A DNA stretch of 56,545 nucleotides from a virus (IMGVR_UViG_3300042543_000175:1-56545), one strand, 5' to 3'. Shown: positions 27,782 to 39,014, numbered from the stretch's first letter. Notes: a model not told the origin generated them from the letters alone. Made by a program: numbers and translations.

Positions 27782-30700
27782 TTAGGTTCCATAAGCGACC
27801 TCCACGGCGTCCACGCTGGCGACCCAGCGCCATGTTTCGGATGTGATTCCAGTTGGGCGGATGCGGATGTAGTCGCCTGCGTCCACCGTTGCGACTTCCA
27901 GAGATGTCGATGAGGCGTTGTCCGTGCCGATAGTTACTGGCGCAAACACTTCACTGCTCGTCCCCGCCACATTCTTGGCCGCGTATTGCCGCTCGTAGGT
28001 GGCGACTACGGAGCCGTCTGACTTCACGCCGACCACCTTGATATTGCAGAAAATGACCTTGCCGCTGGGGATCGTCAAATAAGTCGCGCTGCCGTCGAGG
28101 GCCATTTCTACGGCGGCGTTGGTGGTGGTCTTGCAGCGCAGGACGGCGCGGATTCTTTGGGCGTCACCGTTGGCGGCAAAATTTGCAGATGCGTGGGCAA
28201 ACAAACCGCGCCGATCCGAAACAGATCGCTCGCCAAGCGCCACCGAGTTGGTCGCTGAAGCCGTGTTCGATTGCCCCAAAGCAAAACTGTTGGTTCCGCT
28301 TGAAGTATTTCCATCGCCCGCCGCCATTGAGCGGTCGCCGCTGGCCGTATTGTTGCGACCAGAAAATATGCCCGCCAAGAATCCGCTTGCCGTGTTGCCC
28401 GTGCCGCCGCAGCAAACCGAATCTGGCCCGCTGCCTGTATTATTTGCGCCTCCCCCAATGAACGCCCGCTCGCCTGACGCAACGGCAGTTGCCGAGGTGC
28501 GAACCATTTGAAGCTCGACGGCGCTGACGCCTCGCGCATTTCCTCCGCTGCTGCTTGCGTCAGGCTGCGGCCCCAACACAAACGCCCCGCCGCCTTTTGG
28601 GCTTAAAACCAGCGCCGAATTGGTATCGCTGGCGACATTGGACACGCGCACCAATGTTTGCACGGCATGGCCCGTGAGCAATGTGCCCGCCGTGATGTTG
28701 GTCGTGAAGAGCGATGCCGACCCGCCGTCCGTGGTGGACAACTGGAAAGTCGCCCCGCTGGCGTTGATGACGAAGTAGTTGGTCGTGGTGTTAAGCCCCG
28801 CGCCTCCAGTGAGGGAGGTAAAGCGCACTCGCTGGCCGTTGGCGAAGGCCGACCCTGTGGCGGTGATAATATCGGTGCCCGCATCGCCTGTGATGCCTGT
28901 GAAAGCGGTCACTGTGTCTTCGATGACAAGGCCGCTGGCCTGCAACGTGCTGCCCCCCGTGCCGTCACTCCGCAAAATAGAATTGTCGGTGGAGCCTGTG
29001 CCGCCGCCGATGGTGCCTGTGGCCGTAGCCGTCAAGGTCGTGCCCGAAATCGACAACCCCGATCCCGCCTCCAGATAGCGCCACTTGCCCTCGCTATCGT
29101 CGTAGAAAACGATGCGGTCGGCATTCGGGTCATCGGCAACCAGATCAGACCCCGACACGCTCAACACATCGGCGGTGGATGCGCCGACTGCGGTGACGCC
29201 CGATCCCGTTGCCGACAACTCCCCCGCCGACAGACTCAAGCCCGACCCGATTGTGATCTCCTCGACGGCACCTGTGCTCGCTGTCGTTCTTCCGAGGATG
29301 CGGGCGGTGGCTTGCGTGAGGCCGCTGGTGGTGATGGCTCCTGCCGCTACCGCGCCAACATCTCCTGCGGTGGTTGGGATGTCTGTAACGACTGCGATAG
29401 TTCCCGACTGGTCGGGGATCGTGAGGGTTACGTCATCTGTAAGCTGCTCTTGAACATCTATTGTCGCAGTATATGGCCCTTGCTCGTCAAAGCCTAAATC
29501 GTCAACAAGTTTGGCGCTTGCCATGAGGATGTTGGCAAGCCCGCCGCCGCCTTGCTCAATGCGGACATCGGGGTTGCTTCCTTGCAAAAACATTTCGCCC
29601 GCACGAAGACCAAGCAACGCCTCATTGTTGCTTTCGTCCGTAACGGAAATGTAGGGAGTACCATTGCCGCCAGTATGTTGAAATGTTAGCTCTCCTGATT
29701 CAAATTCAATGATATTGCTTGATGCGCCGTTTAGCGAAACTAATGAAACATCATTGCCATCATTAACGGCAAGTTGAGAAAAAGACGGAATTGGGTCTGA
29801 TCCGCCAGCAGTCCCGCCAGAAAGTGTAATGTCCGCGCCATTGGATGGGATTTGTTCTTCGTCACCCCAAATTAAAGTTGCTTGGTTAGATGGATTGGCC
29901 GAGTTCCACGCAGACAGTCGGTTACTTACCGACTGAGAGCCATTAAATGTAAGCGTGATGCTGTTGCCTGCGGTTCCAGCGGCGTTTGCGCGAACAAGAA
30001 CGGGCGTGGTGGCTCCTGCGGGTATATCTTTAAATTCGGCCCTAACTCCAGCCGCATGACTGGCCGCATGAGCCAGCGTTGAACTCGGCGTCCTCGCATC
30101 CGAAAGCCGCGCATCATTGCCTTGGCAGGCAGTTCCTGCCGTTGTTCCGTAGCTTACTGCCAGTGTGCGGTCTGCCGTGAGGTCTCCGCCACCCGTCAAT
30201 CCCGCACCGCTACTGACGGTTCGGGATGTCGGGACTGCTCCGATATCTGTCGGGGTCGCGGAAGCTCCAACGGTTGCCCGTCCCTTGGCATCAACGGTGA
30301 CCTTGGTATAAGTGCCAGCGACAACCCCCGTAGTAGTTAAGGTTGGATTAGGATAAGTTCCAGTAAGGTCTCCGCCTGCGGGGCCGCTGGGTGCTGTGGA
30401 GATGGTTCCCCATTCGGGGGCCGTGGCTCCGCTGTTTACTTTAAGAACCTGTCCTGCTGTTCCAATTGGGAGTCGGGCATTGACGCCCGTAGCCCGATAA
30501 AGCATATCGCCAGTTGTGGTAAGCGTGGATTCTCCAGCACCGCCAGAAGTGCCATAGCGCGGAAGAATCTGCCATCCACGGGTAGCCCCCGTGTAGATCA
30601 TCGTGAAGTAAGCTCCTTCGATGTTACATACTAAATTCTCTTCAATTCCCTCAATCTTTGTTCCGTTTCGGGCGATGGTCAGATTGTTGGTGTCGAAAGT

Positions 30701-30940
30701 ATCAGAAAAGTCGAAGATATCTACCGCATCACCATTACTTGGGTTTGCTGGCAAAGTAAGAGTAAACGCCCCTCCAGATGTATCGGCAGCTATAAGGTCT
30801 GCTGCTTCTAGGGTTCGGGCGCTTGAAACTACCTCATAGTTGATATCGGGTTGCGGGCCAGTAGGCCCAGCGGGGCCGCGCTCAACGATCTCAATAACCT
30901 CAATCTCCCTCTCTGTTACCTCAATGACTTCTTGGCTCAT
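27782..30940 (-). CDS. Tail fibre protein
   Basis: 1052 aa; collagen-like [28 protein letters not shown], YadA-head-like NTASG repeats near the C-terminus. Confidence 0.8.
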   Translation of the reverse strand: MSQEVIEVTEREIEVIEIVERGPAGPTGPQPDINYEVVSSARTLEAADLIAADTSGGAFTLTLPANPSNGDAVDIFDFSDTFDTNNLTIARNGTKIEGIEENLVCNIEGAYFTMIYTGATRGWQILPRYGTSGGAGESTLTTTGDMLYRATGVNARLPIGTAGQVLKVNSGATAPEWGTISTAPSGPAGGDLTGTYPNPTLTTTGVVAGTYTKVTVDAKGRATVGASATPTDIGAVPTSRTVSSGAGLTGGGDLTADRTLAVSYGTTAGTACQGNDARLSDARTPSSTLAHAASHAAGVRAEFKDIPAGATTPVLVRANAAGTAGNSITLTFNGSQSVSNRLSAWNSANPSNQATLIWGDEEQIPSNGADITLSGGTAGGSDPIPSFSQLAVNDGNDVSLVSLNGASSNIIEFESGELTFQHTGGNGTPYISVTDESNNEALLGLRAGEMFLQGSNPDVRIEQGGGGLANILMASAKLVDDLGFDEQGPYTATIDVQEQLTDDVTLTIPDQSGTIAVVTDIPTTAGDVGAVAAGAITTSGLTQATARILGRTTASTGAVEEITIGSGLSLSAGELSATGSGVTAVGASTADVLSVSGSDLVADDPNADRIVFYDDSEGKWRYLEAGSGLSISGTTLTATATGTIGGGTGSTDNSILRSDGTGGSTLQASGLVIEDTVTAFTGITGDAGTDIITATGSAFANGQRVRFTSLTGGAGLNTTTNYFVINASGATFQLSTTDGGSASLFTTNITAGTLLTGHAVQTLVRVSNVASDTNSALVLSPKGGGAFVLGPQPDASSSGGNARGVSAVELQMVRTSATAVASGERAFIGGGANNTGSGPDSVCCGGTGNTASGFLAGIFSGRNNTASGDRSMAAGDGNTSSGTNSFALGQSNTASATNSVALGERSVSDRRGLFAHASANFAANGDAQRIRAVLRCKTTTNAAVEMALDGSATYLTIPSGKVIFCNIKVVGVKSDGSVVATYERQYAAKNVAGTSSEVFAPVTIGTDNASSTSLEVATVDAGDYIRIRPTGITSETWRWVASVDAVEVAYGT

Positions 30941-31305
30941 CGGGCAATCTCCTGATAGACCTTGGCCTTGCCAGTTGCGAACGCGATATAGGTGTAGCCA
31001 GAATAAAGTTCGATTTCGTAGACATTGTCTCCTGCTGTTAAATTTGCTGCTTGTGTGGCAGTTATTTCTATTTCGATGGTTCCAGCGGTTCCGCCAAGCG
31101 TAATCCCGCTTCCAGAGGTCAATGTGAGCAATGTAGCACTATCCTTGGCGCACTCACGAATAACCATATTTGCCCCATAGCCAGTAAGATTGACTGGGAC
31201 GTTAGACTTTCCCTTGCAAGACTTGGTCAGATAACGAAACTTCGCCGTCCATGTTTTTCCTTGGACGATTTCAATATCTCTCTCAAGTCTCCAGTAGTTG
31301 GTCAT
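30937..31305 (-). CDS. Fibre adaptor / Ig-like baseplate-type protein (paralogue 1)
   Basis: QGKTW...PVNLTGY.A.M.IR...VYEIEL...G pattern. Confidence 0.65.
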   Translation of the reverse strand: MTNYWRLERDIEIVQGKTWTAKFRYLTKSCKGKSNVPVNLTGYGANMVIRECAKDSATLLTLTSGSGITLGGTAGTIEIEITATQAANLTAGDNVYEIELYSGYTYIAFATGKAKVYQEIAR

Positions 31306-33809
31306 TGATGGGCTGGAATATAAAAAACATTAGTTCCAACACGAATTTGCAGCCATCTAGCTGGTGTATTCGGGGTCACAGGTGTCGCGTTGGTGTGGTT
31401 GGTGGAGAAGTCTACAAACCCATTAACCACAAGATTGGTGGTTGCCGTCACAGTGCCAGTAGCTGTCAGAGTTCCAGATGCCGTTATATTGCTGAATGTG
31501 ACATCGTTGGTTTGGCCAAGGCCGAGGTTGGTGCGGGTGGCTGATGCATTTGAAACACTTATTGTGTTAGCGTTTAAATTCCCAAGATCTCCTTGAGTAG
31601 TTTCTACGCGAACATTTGTAGAAGAACTTTGTAAAAACATATCATCACCACGAATTCCCAATATAGCAGATTTGTGCAACGCGGAATTTGTGTAGCTTTG
31701 TAAATAAACAGCACCGTCATTTGTGTTTGTCGTTTTAAACTGAAACGATCCAGAAATCGGTGAATCGACAACAAAAGCGGAAAAATTTGTTCCAGACTTA
31801 AATCCTGAAGCGGCGACATTGCTGAATGTGACATCGTTGGTTGATCCGAGTGCGAGGTTTGTGCGGGTGATAGCAGCTTCATTAGTGTTTGCAAAATTAA
31901 TAGATGGAAAATTATAAATATACCCAGTTCCATCAAAATCTATAATTCCCTCATCTAAAATAAGAATCTTCCCAAACTGATTATAATTTGTTGAGTTAGG
32001 AACAATAATATTTCCAAATGTTACAAAGTTGGTGCTACCCAACCCCAAATTGGTTCTGCTTGCCGCCGCATTGGCTGTTGCGTTTGTTCCAGAAAATCGA
32101 ATTGGTTCCACAAAACTAATGTTGTGATAAAACACCCAATCTCCATTTTCGTAAATAAACTTAACAGCCTCATCAAGATTATTGATAGTGATAAAATTGT
32201 TTGTTTCACCCAACCTCCTAATTGCTGTTGTGGAATTAGTTAATCCCTGATGGGTTACGGTAACAGTGTCACCAGCTAGTGTTGCCGCATTGGTGGGAAG
32301 TGTAATGGTATTGGTAACTCCAGAAACATTGGTAGACAAAGAATATACGTAGACATTTCTTCCGTTGGTTGTGGCATTTGTCGAATTGGTATTCGGAGAA
32401 AATGTCTGGACAATGGTTAGCAAATTGGAAGAAATGGGGGCTAATTGCCAAAAATTTGTCGGGCTTACCACAGATCCATTGGAGTCCACGGAAACCAATC
32501 TAGTTCCAGTATTGCTGTTTGTTAGCGCAGACCATCCAAGACCGAGGTTGGTGCGGGTGATGGCGGCGTTGGTGGCGCTGTTAAAAGAAATGGGCCTCCA
32601 CGCCGTAATTAAATCGTTGGTAAAATATAAATAATCAGAACCATCAGAATAAATTATACTATCACCACTAAAATAAATTGCTTCAGTCTGAATTGCTCTA
32701 AACGTAACATCATTCGTCGCCCCCAACCCAATCGCCGTCCTAAAATTCGTGACATTGGTGTTGGTGAGCCATGTGGCTCCGAGGCCGAGGTTGGTGCGAT
32801 TGACCCCAGCAAATGCGCTAATCGTAAAACTATTGGTGTCTTCGATTAGCTCAATGCTTTGAAAGTTTGGTTCACTTGTCGCACCCAAACCCAAATTGGT
32901 TCTGCTTGCCGCCGCATTGGCTGTTGCGTTTGTTCCAGAGAAATAAACAGGATTGGCAAATGCTTGGTTTTCCAAAAGACTCCAAGATGTTGTGTAAATA
33001 AATTTTGCAGCTTCTTGGAAATTACTGATGCTTATTAGGTTTGTTATTTCTCCCTGCTGCCTAATAGCTGTTGTCGAATTGGTTAATCCGCGATGAACAA
33101 CTGTTGCAATGTCACCAGAAGATGCGTTGGTCGGAAGCTGGATTGTGCTAACGACTCCAGAAATATTTGTTCTGCTGCTATAGACATAAAGATCTCTGCT
33201 ATTTGTAACGGTGTTTGTTTCGCTTGAAACGAGATTTGTAAAGCTTTGAACTACTGTTGAAATTGGAGAATTTGCCCAAAAATTTGTCGGACTCACAACA
33301 ACTCCGCTTGTGTTTACCAAAACTAGATTGGTATTAGTTCCAAATAACGCAGTTTGAAATGTAGAAGCACTGGAATTAGTCAGCCCAGACCAAGGAAGAC
33401 CAAGATTTGTTCTGGCTGTTTCGGCATTGGTTGCCCCCGTTCCTCCAGAAATAATTCCAAGAACTCCACTTAAATTTGTAAGCTCAATTGTTGGAAGGTT
33501 TGAGCTTGATATTTGTCCAACAAGATTTGTGGAATTCAAATTAGTTAAAGATCCACCATTACTTAAAGCAAGATTACTAAGAGATAAGCTAGAAGGCTGA
33601 AAGGCTGTTGCGGGGTTGGTAGCAGCGGTTCCAAGACCAAGTCCTGCGCGGGCATTGGATGCATCAACGCTCCAGAAGTTAGTCGGCTGAACCACTGTGT
33701 TATTAGTTCCAACAAGAACATTGCGAGTTTGCCCGAAGCCCGAAACAACCAAAGCTCCTCCGATAATAAGTGAGAGAATAAGTTTCATTTTTACATTAAT
33801 CGCTTCCAA
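31302..33809 (-). CDS. Repeat-rich tail fibre-like protein (start probably 33788)
   Basis: Many RTNLGLG repeats, a duplicated domain, Thr/Asn-rich, signal-peptide-like N-terminus. Confidence 0.7.
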   Translation of the reverse strand: MEAINVKMKLILSLIIGGALVVSGFGQTRNVLVGTNNTVVQPTNFWSVDASNARAGLGLGTAATNPATAFQPSSLSLSNLALSNGGSLTNLNSTNLVGQISSSNLPTIELTNLSGVLGIISGGTGATNAETARTNLGLPWSGLTNSSASTFQTALFGTNTNLVLVNTSGVVVSPTNFWANSPISTVVQSFTNLVSSETNTVTNSRDLYVYSSRTNISGVVSTIQLPTNASSGDIATVVHRGLTNSTTAIRQQGEITNLISISNFQEAAKFIYTTSWSLLENQAFANPVYFSGTNATANAAASRTNLGLGATSEPNFQSIELIEDTNSFTISAFAGVNRTNLGLGATWLTNTNVTNFRTAIGLGATNDVTFRAIQTEAIYFSGDSIIYSDGSDYLYFTNDLITAWRPISFNSATNAAITRTNLGLGWSALTNSNTGTRLVSVDSNGSVVSPTNFWQLAPISSNLLTIVQTFSPNTNSTNATTNGRNVYVYSLSTNVSGVTNTITLPTNAATLAGDTVTVTHQGLTNSTTAIRRLGETNNFITINNLDEAVKFIYENGDWVFYHNISFVEPIRFSGTNATANAAASRTNLGLGSTNFVTFGNIIVPNSTNYNQFGKILILDEGIIDFDGTGYIYNFPSINFANTNEAAITRTNLALGSTNDVTFSNVAASGFKSGTNFSAFVVDSPISGSFQFKTTNTNDGAVYLQSYTNSALHKSAILGIRGDDMFLQSSSTNVRVETTQGDLGNLNANTISVSNASATRTNLGLGQTNDVTFSNITASGTLTATGTVTATTNLVVNGFVDFSTNHTNATPVTPNTPARWLQIRVGTNVFYIPAHQ
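32044..32939. repeat. 50-bp exact direct repeat (32044-32093 and 32890-32939) within the fibre gene
   Basis: CCCAAATTGGTTCTGCTTGCCGCCGCATTGGCTGTTGCGTTTGTTCCAGA occurs twice. Confidence 0.9.
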
Positions 33810-34114
33810 ACCCGCTTGGTTCCTGTTTGGCTATCATAGTCATTGGGTCGAACTACAAATGGTAGATTTTCGGAGTCAGTACCCTCAGTTAATTGATATA
33901 TGGCTGGTAGTCCGCTGATAACCAAAAAGATAACAATACCAACAGCGTAGGTTCCACTGACGGTATTTAAGCTGTCAAGATTGGTTGCTCCACCACCATC
34001 CAAGCCTGTAATCGATGGCTCAACACGAAGGATGTTGACGCTGGGAGTTTGTATCGGGGTTGAGGAAACTCCGATAACACTAGAGGAAGGAATAGGAATA
34101 CAGATTTTGCTCAT
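33791..34114 (-). CDS. Small virion/fibre-associated protein
   Basis: 107 aa, GGGATNLDS...VVRPNDY. Confidence 0.5.
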   Translation of the reverse strand: MSKICIPIPSSSVIGVSSTPIQTPSVNILRVEPSITGLDGGGATNLDSLNTVSGTYAVGIVIFLVISGLPAIYQLTEGTDSENLPFVVRPNDYDSQTGTKRVWKRLM

Positions 34115-34473
34115 CGGGTTACCTCTGGAGAAATAATTACGTTACCTTGTAGAATGCGGGTTGTGACGGCCCCTGTAGTAAGCTCAAGGTCATATACGGC
34201 TTTATCACAGACCGAGAGCAATGCCGTGTCAGACGCTGAAATAAACAACCTAATAGATCCAGTAGTCTCATTTAAAATAATTCTACCATTGTCTGTCGAT
34301 AGTTCAAGGATTAGTGCTTTGGATTCGGGCTTTGAGCGGATATGCATCTTGGCTGTATAACCCGCAAGGTTGACAGGAGCCGAAGGTTCGCCCGTCTCAT
34401 AGAAAAGAGTCTGGTTAAAAGTCGCGCCTTGGAATATACAGATATCCGCAATGGCAATAGGTAGTTCGGCCAT
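34111..34473 (-). CDS. Fibre adaptor / Ig-like protein (paralogue 2)
   Basis: QGATF...PVNLAGYTAKMHIR...VYDLEL...RILQG..SPEVTR. Confidence 0.65.
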   Translation of the reverse strand: MAELPIAIADICIFQGATFNQTLFYETGEPSAPVNLAGYTAKMHIRSKPESKALILELSTDNGRIILNETTGSIRLFISASDTALLSVCDKAVYDLELTTGAVTTRILQGNVIISPEVTR

Positions 34474-34491
34474 AAAAATTCAGATTAGAAT

Positions 34492-36333
34492 CTACCATTT
34501 TGTCTTCAGAGTCAAGGACTGTTTAAGTTTCTTGAAGCTTTCTTTGTTGAGCCGTTTCTTTTCCTCAATCGCCTCGCTGCCAGCCATAGCTCCGAATATC
34601 TTGCGGGCGACAAACAATCCTACTGCAAAAGAGTCAAATAAGTCAGGAGACTTTCCTATCCGCTTTTTCATGTCGGTTTTAGACTCAATAATAATCTTCC
34701 GAGTCCTACGCACATACTTTCTCTGAGTCATCTCCCATGCCAGATCGGGGGTTATTCCTTTGAGTTGTTCGCATTCTAGAAAGTAGCGAGCGGCAAAGCA
34801 GAGTTCGCTTGCCATATTGTGAAACAATTCTTTGCCAACTTGGGGTTTTCCCGTGACTTCGTTCCTCATGGCGTATTGGGCGCTGACGGGCAAATCGGAT
34901 GCTGCCCCTGCGAAACTCACTGCATGCCAACCCTTTAGGAGTTCTCGTTCTCCGATTGACCAGAAGATACCACCCGCCGAAGCATCCACCCCCATCCATT
35001 GATTTGGTATTCCCAATTTAAGGGATAGGTCGTGGATTTGCTGGATCATCTCGTATTGGAAGTCCTCTTGAGATCCCGCCCTTCGGTTGAGGACATACTG
35101 TTTCTCGACAGCTATCGCCCACTTGCCGCTGATCAGCCTCCCATACTTCATGTGTGTGAAAACAAAGCGGTCTCCTCCTTCGGTGTAGCTAGGGTCAATT
35201 CCAGCTATATCTTTCGGGGTTCCATCCCAGATGGGTTTATCCAATGCCCCGTGACGAGCTAGTAGGATATCTGACACAATCGTGGAATCATCGGCGTCTG
35301 CGGGAGGCCAGAAGCCCCGAAACTTTCTCCAATACTGCGGGTTTAGCTCTCCGAGTTCCTTTTTGGCCAATGCCACATCGTTTGGCTTGGGTAGGAATGG
35401 GTAACGGAGTCCCTTGCCAGCATCGAAGGATTGTTGGTTGGGGTTGTCGTTTTCTGAATCAAACCTGATACAAACCCCCTCAATACCAGCTACTCGTATC
35501 TTCCAATTCGGGGTTTGCTCGTCCACACTCATCCACCCCTTGATGGGTTCGCAGAACTTCCCGTGGGGGTCAAAGATGGAGGATGGGTTGCCAGCGCCCA
35601 CAATATAGAGTTCTTGCGCTCCTTTGAACCCCCACACCGCCTCGTTAATTATAGAAGCCGAACAATCTTGTAACTCATCTGCTATCAACACGATACGACG
35701 ATTTTTCTTACCTTGAAGTCGCTTCTGGGCATCATCCTTGTATTCGTCACCCGCTGCTAGGAGCATGATGGAAGATGCATCACTCACACCTGTTTCGGGG
35801 TCGATAATAGCCCCCTCTTCATCCGAGAGCTTGATGATGTCCATGGACTCAATGAGTCGTCCAGAGGCTAGTCCCATGTTTCGGGCTTCGCGGTACATCT
35901 TGACCAGTGCCGCCCAGATTCGCTGCTTTGCGTCTATTTTTGACGTAGAGACCACAATGGTCATCGTATTGATTGGGTCGCAGAACCAGTTTACAAGAGC
36001 AAACGCCGCCATCCCGTAGGATTTACCAGAGTCCGTTCCGCCAGCGAGACCAGTAACACTTCGGACAAATCGGTTACCCGTAGCCTCGTCCACCTCGTAG
36101 ATTTGGTTGCAGAATGCCTGTGCGCTCAGTTCAGCCCACCTATGCCATTGGAACGTTGGCCAGATAGCAGAGACAATATTGCGATAATGGCGGGCCTTTC
36201 CAAGTCCTCCATCTTCTGGAGTAAGTCCCTGCAAAAAGGCGTCCATCTCAATACGAATTGGAGTAATCGCCTGTCCGTCTTTGGGTAACCACAACCTCCC
36301 GTATTTCTCTATCCCTTGATCAACTGTTGCCAT
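34492..36333 (-). CDS. terL: Terminase large subunit
   Basis: Walker A GGTDSGKS, Walker B LIADE, GAGNP motif, nuclease AGIDP..GGD and SPDLFD. Confidence 0.9.
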   Translation of the reverse strand: MATVDQGIEKYGRLWLPKDGQAITPIRIEMDAFLQGLTPEDGGLGKARHYRNIVSAIWPTFQWHRWAELSAQAFCNQIYEVDEATGNRFVRSVTGLAGGTDSGKSYGMAAFALVNWFCDPINTMTIVVSTSKIDAKQRIWAALVKMYREARNMGLASGRLIESMDIIKLSDEEGAIIDPETGVSDASSIMLLAAGDEYKDDAQKRLQGKKNRRIVLIADELQDCSASIINEAVWGFKGAQELYIVGAGNPSSIFDPHGKFCEPIKGWMSVDEQTPNWKIRVAGIEGVCIRFDSENDNPNQQSFDAGKGLRYPFLPKPNDVALAKKELGELNPQYWRKFRGFWPPADADDSTIVSDILLARHGALDKPIWDGTPKDIAGIDPSYTEGGDRFVFTHMKYGRLISGKWAIAVEKQYVLNRRAGSQEDFQYEMIQQIHDLSLKLGIPNQWMGVDASAGGIFWSIGERELLKGWHAVSFAGAASDLPVSAQYAMRNEVTGKPQVGKELFHNMASELCFAARYFLECEQLKGITPDLAWEMTQRKYVRRTRKIIIESKTDMKKRIGKSPDLFDSFAVGLFVARKIFGAMAGSEAIEEKKRLNKESFKKLKQSLTLKTKW

Positions 36334-36361
36334 TTATGAAATTTCTACTAAACTAATCTGG

Positions 36362-37132
36362 ATGGAGAAAAAGCGCAAGAGCGGAGAGCGTGATTGGGAT
36401 AGCCCCGAAAACCGCATTAAAAAACAAAACGCATTCAGGCTTTATGCCGCTGGAAGAGATATGCCTGAAGTAATGAAAGCCTTGGAAACCAAACACAAAG
36501 CTACGCTAGAAAAGTTGATTTATAGCGAGAAGTGGGATGACCATGCCAAAATCTGGAAAGATAATCCCGAAAAAGAAAACCCTTATCCTTGGGACATTGA
36601 AAAACCTATAGCCTTGGTTCCTCCTCCAGCCAAGATGGAAGAGATGGACAAGAGACGCAGGCTTGAGTGTATCAAGGGATTCTCCATGTATTGTTCGGGG
36701 CGCACCCTGCGTGACATTGCCGAAGAGCTTAAAGTAAGCGAATCTACTGTTTGTCTGTGGCGGGATACCCAACGTTGGATTCAATGCCGTGAGCGTCTTA
36801 CCAATGAGCAATCTCCAGCACCTTGGGAAGATGACGGAGTTCCAACATTGATGTCTGAAATTACGGCTTCATTGGAGACCATGAAGAAGTCGATCAAGTT
36901 TCTGACTGGTAAAGTATTAGTCAAGGCCGCTGATGCTGCTCAAGATCTAGACGGCATGGAGGCTCTTGGCATGATGAGAAACATTAAACAACTTGCCGAG
37001 GCGGCATCTATCAATTTTTCAGAAGGCCCGAATCAGCAAAATGCCATCCAGATTAATATTGCAACTAAACTAGAGTCCATGAAGATTCCCGAAGACTCAA
37101 CCTACGAAGCAGAACTTGTAGTCAATGAGTAG
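36362..37132 (+). CDS. Tandem HTH protein, putative terminase small subunit
   Basis: Two repeats of F..Y..GR....I...L.....W HTH; helical C-terminus ending IQINI. Confidence 0.55.
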   Translation: MEKKRKSGERDWDSPENRIKKQNAFRLYAAGRDMPEVMKALETKHKATLEKLIYSEKWDDHAKIWKDNPEKENPYPWDIEKPIALVPPPAKMEEMDKRRRLECIKGFSMYCSGRTLRDIAEELKVSESTVCLWRDTQRWIQCRERLTNEQSPAPWEDDGVPTLMSEITASLETMKKSIKFLTGKVLVKAADAAQDLDGMEALGMMRNIKQLAEAASINFSEGPNQQNAIQINIATKLESMKIPEDSTYEAELVVNE

Positions 37133-37724
37133 TCCGAGGTTTTGTTATTCCCGCAAAAGCGATGTTCCGCCACAAGGCTGGTGGGTAAAATGCCCCGTTC
37201 TTGATGAGCCAGTTCGCGGAGGCGATTGGAATGACATGGTCAATAACTGCGAGAAGCTTCTAATCTCAAGGGGTATTACGCCGCCAATAGATTTTGTGTC
37301 ACAAATAGAACATAATCTTTGTGACCGCATGGCTGGTCATGTGCATTGCATTCCATGCACACAAGAGAAACAAACATTAGGATTTGCACAGATTGTTCGA
37401 TGGGTTAAGGCCATGTATCAATTTGCCATCAATGGAAAGTTTGAGCTTGTCTCTCAAGAAGAAGCAGAACGGCGGGCTAAGATTTGCGCGGCCTGTCCAC
37501 ACCAAATTGCAACCTCTGGATGCTGGGGATGTAAGGGCATTGCTGGGATGCTTCCGCATATTGCTGGAGCCAGAAAAACCTCTTACGATCCACAACTAAA
37601 AGCTTGCGGAATCTGCGGTTGCTATTCCGCAATCGCTGTCCATCTTCCATTAAATGTTCAAGGCGGAGAAGGATTGAACTTCCCAGACTTCTGCTGGAAG
37701 TCTAAGCAGGCTCAAAGCGAGTAA
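37125..37724 (+). CDS. Cys-rich hypothetical protein
   Basis: RRAKICAACP...CWGC...CGICGC...CWK. Confidence 0.6.
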   Translation: MSSPRFCYSRKSDVPPQGWWVKCPVLDEPVRGGDWNDMVNNCEKLLISRGITPPIDFVSQIEHNLCDRMAGHVHCIPCTQEKQTLGFAQIVRWVKAMYQFAINGKFELVSQEEAERRAKICAACPHQIATSGCWGCKGIAGMLPHIAGARKTSYDPQLKACGICGCYSAIAVHLPLNVQGGEGLNFPDFCWKSKQAQSE

Positions 37725-39006
37725 TCGCCTTGTTGAAATACATATTGGCTACACCAGTAGGGCCGTCACGATGCTTTCCGACGATAAATTCCATAGTTGG
37801 CATTTGTCCGTGATCTTGTGATTCTTCGCTATGAAGCATGATGACAATATCAGAGTCTTGCTCAATAGCTCCAGAACCCTTTAGGTCTGAAAGGCTTGGG
37901 CGTCCTCCGCGCTTGTCTGGATCGCGATTAAGTTGAGCCAGTACCAAAACTGGTACTTTGAGAGTCTTGGCAAGGTCTTTGATTCCTCCGCTAATCTCCT
38001 CAACTTCGCACACGCGATTGTCCTTACCACGCTTGCTATCACCCTTCACTAACTGTAGGTAGTCAATGATAATGAGATCTAATGGAGTGCGTTGATGTGC
38101 GCGTCGAGCAACGGCCTTGAGATAACCGATAGATTTAGCAGAGCTATCGTCGCAGATAATTTCAGAGCCTTGGATCTCTTGAACGGCCCGTCCTAGAGAT
38201 TGTTTTTGATGCGGGGTTACGCGACCAGAAAGAATATCAGCCGCACCCACACGCGCCCGCGAGCGTATCATGCGCTCCATCAAAGCAACGCTTGTCATTT
38301 CCAATGAGAAGATAAGAACACGCTTCTTCTGATTCAATGCCACGTTCTCCGCAATCTGAAGGGCGCTTGCCGTCTTGCCGACTGCTGGCCTTGCGGCCAA
38401 GACAACCATGTCTCCTCCGCGCAATCCAAACATCAAAAGATCGTCCAATGGTGTGATTCCAGTGCGAATACCAATACATGGTTTTCCAGCAATCGTAGAT
38501 TCGATGTTCTGGGCAGCGCGGTCTAATGCATTGACGATAGAAAGCTTGTTGCCGTCATCAATTTCGTAGTCAGCCCTCATCACTGTGGTTTCCGACCAGT
38601 TCTTGAGTTCTTCGATCTTTAGCTCGCGGTCTCTGGCCTTGTGAACCATATCGTTGGCCAAGTATTCTAACGACCTTCTGTATCGGGCTTCCTCCAGCTT
38701 TGGGTAGTAGCGTTTCCAGTTATTATGGGCCACACACGAAGTTGCAACTTCTGCAATTTTTTGTTCACCGCCAATGATGTCGTATTCATTGGCGGCTTCG
38801 ATCTCCCCCTTGACATTGATAATATCGGCCTGCATCCCCTTGGCGATACAACGCATGATCGCCCGAAAGATGATCTTGTTCTCCTGTAGATAGAAATGAT
38901 CCTCCTTGATTGATAGAAGAATCTCGCGTTGATCCTCTGTCGGCGCATGACAGAGGCAGGAAAGGATTGCGGTTTCAGCCGATGGTTCGTGAATGACTTC
39001 GTGCAT
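37702..39006 (-). CDS. dnaB: Replicative DNA helicase
   Basis: AARPAVGKT, FSLEM, IIDYLQL, LAQLNR, LSDLKGSGAIEQDSD, KHRDGPTG. Confidence 0.97.
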   Translation of the reverse strand: MHEVIHEPSAETAILSCLCHAPTEDQREILLSIKEDHFYLQENKIIFRAIMRCIAKGMQADIINVKGEIEAANEYDIIGGEQKIAEVATSCVAHNNWKRYYPKLEEARYRRSLEYLANDMVHKARDRELKIEELKNWSETTVMRADYEIDDGNKLSIVNALDRAAQNIESTIAGKPCIGIRTGITPLDDLLMFGLRGGDMVVLAARPAVGKTASALQIAENVALNQKKRVLIFSLEMTSVALMERMIRSRARVGAADILSGRVTPHQKQSLGRAVQEIQGSEIICDDSSAKSIGYLKAVARRAHQRTPLDLIIIDYLQLVKGDSKRGKDNRVCEVEEISGGIKDLAKTLKVPVLVLAQLNRDPDKRGGRPSLSDLKGSGAIEQDSDIVIMLHSEESQDHGQMPTMEFIVGKHRDGPTGVANMYFNKAITRFEPA

Positions 39007-39014
39007 AGGAAGCG

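Noticed and set aside
31302-33809. Diversity-generating retroelement TR/VR pair in the fibre repeats
   Set aside because: Repeats are intragenic and exact or generally diverged, without adenine-specific mismatches; no reverse transcriptase in the window.
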